Shown: positions 51,828 through 64,000 of the stretch, one piece after another | How positions within the stretch are numbered: the stretch's first letter is position 1 | How the letters are laid out: each line of letters starts with the position of its first letter | Assembly (NCBI GenBank): GCA_964106645.2 | Contig: OZ067049.1 | Origin: Podarcis pityusensis | Taxonomy: Eukaryota | DNA length: 64,000 nt | Reading direction: 5' to 3' (one strand) | Translations under genes and position numbers: made by a program | Notes under the pieces: model-generated | Told to the model about the DNA's origin: nothing | Seen by the model: only the letters and a program-made list of their open reading frames with translations | The model's database searches: none

Positions 51828-52342
51828 TATATTGAACAAGAGAGTGAGTGTAATTGATTGTCATCTTGCAGTTCCTATTTCCCTCTGCAGATTGTTTAGT
51901 AGTTGAGCCCTATAGTCATAATAATTTAACAGAGACCTTAGCAGCTGCAGCTATTTCATGTGGAGACTACATATTATATTCTTACATGGGTTCAGTAGTA
52001 TAAATTAAAATGTCTGCAAGAGTCTGACAATTGCTTTCACTTACAAGAATGCTGGCACTCAGGGATTTTTATTTTTTTTACAATTTCATGAAAATCCATT
52101 TATTGTCTTGAACAAATTGCACAAGATTTAAAACCTTATTTAATTCAATCTACTAACTGAGTATAATTTTTATATCATTTGGAATGCATAAAAGCTTGGC
52201 AGGGGGAGGAGGTTGAGGGGTTTCAGTGGGAAGGGGGTATGAGGAAAGTCCATTACATAGTGTGGAGGCTTCTTTGAACCAAGGCAGGGGGTTGTAAAAT
52301 TTATTTGTTTAAACTTTCTTACAACTGCCTACATTATTGCAG

Positions 52343-52447
52343 GTTAGTAAAACTGGAGCGGAAGGTGCTGTGCTAGATGAAGCTAAGAACATCAACAAGT
52401 CTTTATCGGCTCTTGGAAATGTCATTTCTGCTTTAGCTGAAAACAGT
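52343..52447 (+). CDS. KIF5B: KIF5B exon 9
   Basis: [35 protein letters not shown], 105 nt. Confidence 0.98.
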
Positions 52448-53160
52448 GTAAGTGTATTTCTATTCTGAAAACATTTGATGAAATTACTCATCAGGGGATG
52501 AGCACAATACATATCTGAAGAAGTTTAGCAGATTAAGTGTTCAGTGATTTTGTAGTTGTCAAATACACAGCAGCATTTATGTGACATGGGCCACATTTGC
52601 ATGTAATGCTAGGCCATGGTTTAGCACTAAGCAGAAGTGCCTGAATGAGTCTGAGCAGTGTGTCAGACTTGGACACTTCCTCCTCCCCTTTGTTCCTTGA
52701 AGAAGGCCATAAGGAGGACTTAGCAAAGTTAAGTTTCACTTTTATGGCATTTGAACCATAGATCCTAGTTTCAAAAGTTATGGTTAGTTTAGCAAGCCAG
52801 CCTTTGAACCTATGGTTTGAAGTTGGCTTGAAATGAAACCAGGGTTTGTTTTAAACCAGGACCTCTGGCCTGAATTTAAAACTAAACTAGGACCCTTTAA
52901 AAGTGAAGCTAAACTCTGATGTTCCACTTTCACAGGGCTTTGAAGAAAAGTGTGTAAGTTCAGTGTTTGACTCAAGTAGGCTCGTTCACATAGTGCCAAA
53001 CCATGGTTTAGTATTACGGGCGAATCAACCATATGTATACTGTATTATCCAAAAATATGCTATATAGAAGTTCAGGCTTTCTTGGTTAATGAACATAAAA
53101 ATATTAGGTACTGCTTTAGCTTTACAAAGCAAAATGCATATGTAGAAGCTTAGTTCATAA

Positions 53161-53364
<204 letters not shown>

Positions 53365-54084
53365 TGAGTAATGAGGTTAAAACTAACTTGTAGAGCACAG
53401 CCCAAGGTGTGAACCCATGGAAACAAACTGTAGACTTCCCACAAAGTTCTAGTAAGCTGCTGTTCATAATGATTGTCCATGTGCATGCTATATACATGCA
53501 CACATCAATTTATTTGTATGCTGCCTTTCCATATGCTCAAGGTGGCTTACAGTGTGAAAAAATACATAACTACAAACATAACAAAGGTAGCCATACATAA
53601 TAAAACATCAAAAAGTGCACAACCAAATTGAACCATTTCCACATAAATAAAAATATCTAAAATAAAGATACAAAAAACAAACATCAGCAACCCATCCCCC
53701 ACAATCCCCCGCCCCAAATACAACACCCCAGCGCAAGAATCTGTTCAGCAGCCTCAGCTTTTGTAGCTGAAGTTGGGCTCTCCCTCCCAATCCAAGTGTA
53801 AAAAGCCAGCAGGTCTTCCACAGCCAATATGCTATTGAAAGCAAGTAATGCTTTGCTTAATATAAGTCACTATAGAGCTCTACAAACGGATTGATGATGT
53901 GCTTTCTGGAATATATTATTGGAGATTGATGCATTATTGCCTTGCAGAGTCATTGTTGACGTTGTTTGATTTGCTGAATTGGTGTCTGGACTCATTAATG
54001 GTCTGGATGAGTCAACAAACTGATGTTCAGATTGGGACACTTAGTGGACAGTTCCTCTGTTCATATGGGTGAAATGTGTCATGT

Positions 54085-54800
54085 TCAAGATGGGGTTACG
54101 ATCTTCTAGAAGGAGCAGATGTGCAGTTTGGGGTACTCTTAGATCCAACACTGTCTTTGCAGGCACAAGTGGCTTCAGTGGCATGGAGTGCCTTCTAATT
54201 CTGATCGTCTCTTACTCCTATATTGACAGTGATAGCATGACTTCTGTGCTTTGGTAACCTCCAGGTTAGACTTCTGCAGTTCATTGTTTGTGGAACTGTC
54301 CTTAAAGATGGCTTAGAAACTACAGCCAGTGCAAAAAAGGATGTCTGCTAGATTTTTAACTGAAACAAGAAGATGGGAACATATAACACTAGTTCTGGTC
54401 TGACTGCATTGGCTGCCAATTTGTTTTCAGGCACAGATCAAAATGCTGGCTTTGACCTTTAACTTAAGCCTTATATAGTTAAAGGGCACTATGTCTATAT
54501 GGCCACCTCTCTGAATAGGAACCTGCCTGGGCCCTGAGATATCATTTGATGCCTTCTCTGTGTGCTAACTCTAAAGCAGGTCCAGAGGGTGACTATGAAA
54601 GAGTGAGTCTTCTCTGTAGTACGGGTAAGAAATAGGCATTCTCTGTTTATGGGTCAGGAATTCCAGGGGGCCTGCTTGGTGTCAAACCTGTCATCATTAT
54701 GGTACCAGGCAAAAATGTTTTTGCTTCCCCTGGAATTTGGGCAGCACCAATGATAGTATTATTATTTAACTTTTGCTTGATTGTAAATTGCTTCAGAATG
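54085..54800 (+). mobile_element. Old degraded L2 LINE 3' portion
   Basis: Remnants of ALVTSRLDFC, HITLVL..LHWLP and KMLALTF motifs, interrupted by frameshifts. Confidence 0.75.
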
Positions 54801-55194
54801 TTTTTTGTGGGAAACAATACATAACCCCAAACCTAACCCTAAGTTTATTAGTTGCAGATTAGCTTACTCTTATCTGCAGATAAGTTATAGTTGCAGATAA
54901 CATTTAAGGTTAATGTTTCGTGCTGTATGACTGCCTTGTGCTTCTGTCTCTGCCTGAATCACATGCAAAATGAACTTGGTGTCTAAATGTGATGTTCTAA
55001 GGAAAGAAAGTATAGCAGCTGTATCTGAAATTGTGGGTGCGTGGAATATGGAGGATAGTTTAATTACTTAGAAAAGGTCTTTAGGCTGTAGATCAAAGTT
55101 AAAATATTATATACAGAAAAAATTAATTACCTTGTGAGCTGACTAGTAACCCTGTATTCAGTTAGCATGGCAAACATGTACTTTACCTTTATAG

Positions 55195-55343
55195 AGCCAA
55201 AACTATCAAGAACACAGTATGTGTCAATGTAGAACTAACTGCAGAACAATGGAAGAAAAAATATGAAAGGGAAAAGGAGAGAAACAAGACACTTCGCAAC
55301 ACAATACAGTGGCTTGAGAATGAGCTGAATAGATGGCGTAATG
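55195..55343 (+). CDS. KIF5B: KIF5B exon 11 (neck linker / neck coil)
   Basis: (R)[49 protein letters not shown](G), 149 nt. Confidence 0.98.
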
Positions 55344-56268
55344 GTGAGTTATGTCACAGATCTTCACAACCCGTGTTAGCTATACATTATTATAATGTGT
55401 GGCAGTAAATTCCACTTTTGGTCACCGTACAGCAAATTAATCTAAAGTCTTGATCGCAAAGCTGGAAAAATCCCAGACCTGTGGGTACTGGAATACTGCA
55501 AGATTTTTTCCCAGCTTAGTGTTGAGGCTAAATGTTCTTGTGACAATTGATCAGTTTAAAGATCCTTTACATTAAGGACCTTTAAGTTCTAATAACTTTG
55601 TATTTAAAAAACTGCATTATTTGTGGGGCTACTCTTGAGATTGGAACAGAAGCTGCAGCTGGGGCAGAACATGGTGACTTGGTTGCTTGTGGAGACAAAA
55701 TAGTGTCAGCATATAACACTTTGGCTTGAGGGGACTGTTTTGGCTTGATTTGCACTGGCTGTCATGTCACTCTGCTACCAGGACAAGTTTAAGGTTCTGG
55801 TACTAACATATGTCTCCTGCACATTCCAAACTCCCCAGGAGCCCACTCCACAGTGTGGAGCTATTCTATGGCTGCTCCTGTTCCATAGAATAGCAATTCT
55901 GTCAAGGTACAACAGGTGTCCACTATCTGTACTTTCCGGAAACAGCCAAAGATATTTTTGTTACAATAGGCTTAATAGGTTGTTGCCATGAGTATCTATT
56001 TTGTATCGTATTAGCTTTGTTTTGAAAGTATCTGCTACTTTTTGCTGTTTTTATTGTACACTGCTTTGATACAATTAGGTAGACTAGTGTTTAATAAAAT
56101 CATATCTATTGATAATATCACAGCTGCAGTATTCAACCCAGTGGACTCGTATTTTGTGTCCAAATAGCAATTTTCAATGAAATTCTCATGCTATCTGAGG
56201 TGACCTAATGTTGACTTAGTTTGCAAAGATATTTCAAACAAGATGCATTTGGTAATTTTGTTTTAAAG

Positions 56269-56462
56269 GAGAGACTGTGCCTGTTGATGAGCAGTTTGAC
56301 AAAGAAAAGGCCAACTTGGAAGCATTTGCAGTGGATAAGGATATTACTGTTACTAATGAAACTCCAACTGCTACTATTGGAGTGATTGGCAATTTTACTG
56401 ATGCTGAAAGGAGAAAGTGTGAGGAAGAAATAGCTAAATTATACAAACAGCTAGATGACAAG
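56269..56462 (+). CDS. KIF5B: KIF5B exon 12
   Basis: (G)[24 protein letters not shown]...[15 protein letters not shown], 194 nt. Confidence 0.98.
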
Positions 56463-57158
56463 GTATGTCTTTAAATTTTAATGTACTTTAAACGAAGAAC
56501 TGCCATACTTTATCAGAAATCAAATTGTTTCATTAATGTAATTGAGTAGATAGCTATTTTTGTTAAGAGTAAATTGCCAGCCTAAGATCTGAAATTGATA
56601 GTGCAATCCTGTATATGTCTACTTAGCAATAAGCCCTATTGAGTTCAGAGGGATTTACTGCCAGGCACTGTATTTAGGATTGTAACCTAACTGTATTTTA
56701 GCACTTCGTTGCTAAGCATGATCATGTAGAGAGATCATGAAAATCATGCTAAGGATGCAATAAGTTGGCATAAAAAATTACAGTGGCTAAAAGTTAATGA
56801 ATTGAAAATAAATTTGTCCTCCTTATGGAAAAGTTTTTACCCTCCCTTATGGAAAAGTTTTTTGGGGTCTTTTGGCCATACCCAATCTTTTGGGCACATA
56901 CAGTGGCATTCTTGACTCCTGTGGTTTTCTGTTTGTTACAGAACAAAACTTCTGTGCCATATCAGTCAGTTCAGTTTGAAAAGGGGATTTCCATTTGGCA
57001 TGAGGAGATGCCCAAAGACCTCTTGTGCAGAATTATTCACAAAGTGTTTTGGATCTTGACTGTTCTCTTAAATTTTGTGGCGGGATCAACCCATAACAAT
57101 CTGTGACACTTTTAATGAATTCTAGAGTGAGCACATTTTTCTTTCTTTAAAAATTCAG

Positions 57159-57227
57159 GATGAAGAAATTAATCAGCAGAGCCAATTGGTAGAAAAGCTA
57201 AAAACACAGATGTTGGATCAGGAAGAG
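57159..57227 (+). CDS. KIF5B: KIF5B exon 13
   Basis: DEEINQQSQLVEKLKTQMLDQEE, 69 nt. Confidence 0.98.
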
Positions 57228-58010
57228 GTGAGTTTTGATCTTCTAGTTAATTCTGCATGTTGCAAGAATACAGAGCAAAAAAAGTGCAATGTATATAAGT
57301 GACACTGAATTAATAGTATATAAGTTAGCATTGCTCTTAGGAATAATACTGTTACTGAAGTACAAAAAAGTAACTGCTACACTTCAGAAATCAGGCTGAG
57401 ATCAGGCTACTGATTTCAAAAGGGCTTCTGTTATTCTGTATAGTGTCTTCAGGGACACCACTGTCAATCACAAAATTGCCTTCCAGGATTTAAAGGAGTA
57501 GTCAGTGTCCTTATTGAATTTGGTGTACGCTGCTTAGTTACAGCCTAAAGGAAATGTGGTGTTTCTTACCATATTTATGTGCTTCCTGATCACAAAAGCT
57601 TTCTATGTGGCCTGCAATAACAGTTAAGAACACTTATGCAAAAATAAAAAGCACTAAATAGTCACAGCTGTTAATACTCAAGAAATATTATATCCAAATA
57701 TAATATCCAATAAATCATTAAGAGATTGAGAAGTCTGGGAAAATCTAAAGCTCATCACCTGATGCTGGAAAGACCACACAGGAAAGATGGCCGGGGGTCT
57801 AATGATGAAAATGCCGTTCTCTATTTGGTGCAAGGTACCTTTAGAAGGGCCTCAGAAGTTACAGGTAGGTATAGGTGGGGCTCAACAACATTATAAATAT
57901 CAGAAGCAGCTAATTACATAAAGATTTCTAAATGAGCAAATTGTGATGGTTTTTACAGTCTGGGAAACAACTGCTTTAAAAAACACAACTAACATAACCT
58001 TTGTGTGTAG

Positions 58011-58580
<570 letters not shown>

Positions 58581-58794
58581 TGACAAGATTTTAACACAAT
58601 TTGATTAAAAAATTGAAGGTTAACAACTGTAAACAAACATGTACATTTCAAGGTTTGTCATCCTGTCTTGAGATCCCCATGTGGTTGGCTCAATGTAATC
58701 GTGTGTAACACAGTGGACTTGCTCTGTCTTGTCTGATTTCCGTTCCCTAGCTGTGCAACACACCATAGTATCTGCATCTACCTAGGGCAGCATC

Positions 58795-58906
58795 AGGAGT
58801 AAGTTAGACTCCAACTTCTATCAGCCCCAGCCAGCATGGCCAGTGGTCAGGGATGTTGGAAGTTGTAGTCCAGCAACATTTAGATGACCACAGATTCCCA
58901 TTTCTG
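58795..58906. mobile_element. Partial palindromic hAT-type MITE
   Basis: gactccaacttctatcagcccc...ggaagttgtagtccagcaacat, right flank tcctagaa. Confidence 0.55.
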
Positions 58907-59154
58907 TCCTAGAAGGTTATTGACATTACTATTATTTATAACACTACACTTTGGAAAGCATGTATTTGTAGAAAAGGCCACTCCTTTTGGTTAAGGATAT
59001 CCATTCCCCCACCTCAGCTTCTACTGATGTTCTTGAGATTGACAGATATCTTGGCTGTTGCTGGTTATTTAAATTGTTTTCTGGGTAAGTATACACATAC
59101 TCATATTATTACTGGCATATGTTCTTTATTTGATCCACACTTCTCTCATTCTAG

Positions 59155-59304
<150 letters not shown>

Positions 59305-60089
59305 TGAGCTATATTATATTCTCCTGAGATTTTTTTAAAAAATGTTATATAGGTAAATTAAGCATGTGCTTCCTTGTCCTTGTATCTTCTGTACCATTCA
59401 AGCATTTAAAACAACCATGACAGTGTGTGTGTGTGCGCGCGTGAGTGAGTGTTGTGGTATCTGGTGCTTAGAATTACAGTATAAAGAATGGCTGTCATGG
59501 GCTCCTCTTCCCTAAAATGGTAGTAACCTTGATTAATTTGCAAGCAAATATTTGAAGCAGGGTATTTGGAAAAGATTGGGTGGGTGGGTTGGTTGCTTGC
59601 TTGCTTAGTTGTGGCAGCAGCAGTTTCTTTGAACCAGACTCCTCACAGGAACAGATTCCTGGAAGCATATAACTCGACTGCTGAGGGAGCTGCACTGGTT
59701 GCTGACTCTGCTTCAGGGTTCATGAACCCTTAAATAATTTGGCCCAAAGTACATTGAGGGTCATTAAAAACCTGATTGGGCACTTCTGGTGATTCTCCAC
59801 ACCCCATAGAGACTAAGCATTTAGTGTGTGGCAGGCCCTGCCCTGTGGAGCTCACTGCCTAGTTTGGCAAGAACTGCTCCTGCCTTTTCTGTTTATATAG
59901 ACCTTCACAATATGCAAAAATAGTGCACATTTGTTGTGACGGGAGGTGTCATTTTGTCACAATCCTAGTTTAAAGCTGATCTTTATACAGGTAAGTCATC
60001 TGGCATGCACATAGATCTATTTGCTGAATAATATATTGAACTGTGAATGTATCACATGATTTTCTACTATTAAAAATGTTTTGAACTAA

Positions 60090-60374
<285 letters not shown>

Positions 60375-60834
60375 TAAGTAAAAGTGCACTTCTTAAATTA
60401 TAATCATCACAAGTGGAACCTACAACAAAATGTACTGTTGTGAAGTGCTGTTGTTCAGAAGTCCAGCTGCTCCGTTCCATTCCCCCTTCCCTGTTCCCCT
60501 CCAGCAGTCAGTCCTCATGGAGCTATTTTTGAGGTTTTCCTAAACATTTTCTTGTACTTCTGCAAGCCCCAAATCTCCTGATACCTCCTTCTTGTGTGTG
60601 AGTTATCCCATTTTAGTTGCCGAAACAATGACTGTCACAGCCTGAACACTGGAAATAATAGGAATTGTTTTTTGCTTGACCAATAAGCATTAGAGTGAAC
60701 TGGTTAATATAAGCAGTTCACTTTGCTTTCATATATTTTCCACATTGTGCATGACTAATTTGGGCTACAACATTTCAGCAGCTTTTCAGGATGAGTTTTG
60801 AAATGTACATCTAGTAACTGGATGCTTTTAGGTA

Positions 60835-61062
60835 CAGTCATACCTTGGGTTGAAGTAGCTTCAAGTTAAGTATTTTCGGGTTGTGCTCCGCGGCGACCCG
60901 GAAGTAACGGAGCTGCATGTGCAGACACTCAAAATGACGTCACACTCATGCGCGGAAGCAGCAAAACACGACCTGCGCAGACGCGCAGTTGCGTCTTATG
61001 TTTACTTCAGGATGCGAACGGGGCTCCGGAATGGATCCTGTTTGTAGCCAGAGGTACCACTG
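60835..61062. mobile_element. pogo/Tigger-like MITE
   Basis: TA|CAGTCATACCT...AGGTACCACTG|TA, ends related to 38015-38248. Confidence 0.8.
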
Positions 61063-61527
61063 TACTAGTTTTCCAAAGGTTGCTGATATAGTGGGTCTCA
61101 TGCTTAGTATACAAAGGCAAGAGCTATATCAGATGCAAACTACTTTCAATACCACTTGGCAACTTCAAAAGGCAGCTAGAAGTCAAATGTGTCAGTAACT
61201 GGCTTTCATATTTTGGGCAGTGTATAGGATTTTGCTACCATGTCAGCCCACATCATGTAAAGAACATTTACTCTTGAAGTTTTTTAATATTGAAGCAAGC
61301 TAGTTGTACCTTAAATGTTAGTGGAGATAGAGAAATTGATCAAACTTCATTATTTTGGAGAATTAAATGACTGCAGCTTGTGATATGCAGTTCCATATAT
61401 AGTACTTCAGTATATGCTTCTACAGATATATATCCTAGTCTTGCAATGTAACTGAAGTTCACAAGCTGTTTAAGTTTATTTTCACATGTAGCTTCTATAA
61501 TTTCAATTCTTGTTTTCACCCTGAAAG

Positions 61528-61645
61528 CATGAAGCCAAGATTAAGTCACTTACAGAGTACCTTCAGAATGTGGAACAGAAGAAAAGACAGCTTGAAGAGT
61601 CTGTGGATTCGCTTAATGATGAGCTAGTCGAACTTCGAGCACAAG
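61528..61645 (+). CDS. KIF5B: KIF5B exon 17
   Basis: [39 protein letters not shown](E), 118 nt. Confidence 0.98.
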
Positions 61646-62060
61646 GTATTAATTGCTTTACTATATGCTTAATGTTTAAGGAGCATGAACTGTGAACTGG
61701 TCTTCAGCAAGCTGTTTGTCTCACACTTCTGTAATATGAGGAAGATACTAAGAAATATGCTGTGTATGTAAGGATTAAATGTACCTGTGAAGTGTTTTGA
61801 TCACTTACAAAAAGAGTTCCGTAAAAACGTTACATTGCTAAGTTATGCTTGAGAGCTTCCTAGAGGCATCAACTTGGCCATAATTGGAATTGGGATACCT
61901 GACAAGATAGGTCACTGGTCTGATCCTGTACAGTTGTTATGTTCTTCTGTAAGGTGCATAATATTTTAGGTGTGGCATGCTATGATCTTGCAACAGTCTG
62001 AGGTAGCGAATCCAGTAAATTTGTCTGTGTCCTCTAACTAAATGCTCTTTTCTTCACTAG

Positions 62061-62122
62061 AAAAAGTTCATGAAATGGAGAAGGAGCATCTAAACAAGGT
62101 TCAAACAGCAAATGAAGTCAAG
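62061..62122 (+). CDS. KIF5B: KIF5B exon 18 (followed by a GC donor)
   Basis: (E)KVHEMEKEHLNKVQTANEVK, 62 nt, donor AAG|GCAAGT. Confidence 0.95.
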
Positions 62123-62224
62123 GCAAGTAAACTTCAGATATGTTTTAATCAATAATTCAAAATTAGTTTCTTCAAAAATGCAATCACTTATGATGATGTA
62201 ACATCAGAATATTTGGTTCTTTAG

Positions 62225-62335
<111 letters not shown>

Positions 62336-62907
62336 TAAGTTTTGCAACTACTGCACGTGTCTTTGTGGGAGGGCAGAGAACAGCTTTTTTTAAAAAAAAA
62401 ACTTCTAACGGTGCAGTTCTTACTATGTGTATTCAGAAGTAAATTGAATTCAGATGGACTTTCTCTCAAATAAATGGGGTTAAGATTGCAGCCTAAGTCT
62501 TATAAATGTGTTGTTCACTTTCATTTATTTACATAAAAATCCAGCCTGTGTTCAGGCATGCAGTGTACCTCAACAAGAATAGAAATATCCTTATTTTATG
62601 TAACTGTAAGCCTTGGTTCATGGCTCATTTTGCACCTTTCTTTCCTAATGAGATGGGAGCTTAATGTTAATGCCAAAAATGTAAAATTCATTCCAGTATT
62701 GACATGGTGTTTTTAGAAAGGCTTTATTTTGAGGGTTTCTAAATTTGGCTATCAATTCTAGAATTGTTTGTCAATTCTAATGGTACACTGTGGGTTCCAA
62801 CAGAATTTTTAATCTGATCCCATCCCAGTCTAATGTGCATGTTTTGGCAACTAATAATATGTCACAAGATTGAAGTGCTGGTTTTGTGGAAATCTCTCAC
62901 ATCATAA

Positions 62908-63036
<129 letters not shown>

Positions 63037-64000
63037 TAAGTAAGAACAATAATGTGGGCAATATGGTTGGTCAAATCAAACTTTGATGTGTGGACACAGT
63101 GTATTCATGCTGACATACTGTTTTGAGCAGAAAGGTTCCATAATTTTTGCCTATGTAATTTACCTATGAATGAACATTAGCAACTTTTAGAAAGGTATTT
63201 TAAAAAATAAAAGCTAATTAGGAAGTCTGATGTATTGCTATAGGAGTTCCCAACGACTGTAATAGCATCTGTTCTCAAAAATCAAGAGCTGTTAGATGCA
63301 GATTTAGATCTTAGATCAATATTTACTGAAATGAAATTGGAAGGATAAGTTTTAAATATGGACATGCTTGGATGTTTGAAGCATAGATAGAGGCTATATA
63401 AGTTGTATGATGTAAGTATTAATTTAGTTGTTCAAAATGCGTGTACAGGTTTTGTTTTAAAGTGCATTCTAGCAAACCAGAATAATGCAATATCTGTCTT
63501 TCAAAATCCCATTAGTCTTAGTATATAGACAGTTTATAGTATACATTTGCAACATTCTGTATTTAGAAGTTCCTTTTCATAGTTTCCCCCTGTCCTGTGT
63601 AAAGATAGATGTAATATTGTTCTTGATGAGCTCAGCATTTTAATAAATTATATATAAAGAGTTGGAGGAAGGAAGTGAAAGAGGCACATCTAATATTTAC
63701 TCTCCACTTCCATGTTTATAAAGTGACCAGGAAGGTTAATTCCATTTCAGCCGCTTTCACATGCTTTGCTCAGCATTTGAAGTTCCACACATCGTTCTTT
63801 CTCATTCTCCCAAAACTAAAATAAAAGTTCATTTCCCCAATAACCCTTCATCCTCCTGAGCCAACAGGTTAGTTGGCTTTTAAAAATGTACTCTTTGTTT
63901 GAAGCATAATTGGTCAGTTTTGAATCACATTACAGATAATTTTCATCTTACATGTATATCTTACTTACACAATCACAACTTTGCAAAGTTTGGGGGTGAA

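Overview
Vertebrate genomic DNA, most likely from a lacertid lizard, judged from the Podarcis-type Sauria SINE and the Squam2- and Squam3-like SINEs. The + strand carries the last five coding exons and 3' UTR of EPC1 (8791-11698). These include an 87-nt cassette exon that the ORF track missed, and a 196-N assembly gap lies in the UTR. About 22 kb of repeat-rich intergenic DNA follows. The CpG-island promoter and coding exons 1-20 of KIF5B (kinesin-1 heavy chain, 35340-63035) come next, and the gene continues past the window. All reconstructed exon junctions are in frame, and KIF5B intron 18 is a GC-AG intron. Almost all other ORFs in the supplied track are spurious. I found no clearly new biological system. 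The best leads are: (1) two adjacent Tc2/pogo-type non-autonomous transposons in KIF5B intron 8 filled with different hairpin-unit minisatellites, one with higher-order structure; (2) an 8-codon Kozak-perfect uORF or core-promoter element upstream of KIF5B; (3) candidate poison or alternative exons in the long EPC1 intron; (4) a chain of antisense exon-like segments in KIF5B intron 1; (5) a solo LTR with a nested L2; (6) a perfect 21-bp hairpin downstream of EPC1. Comparisons with human sequences are from memory and need checking by alignment.
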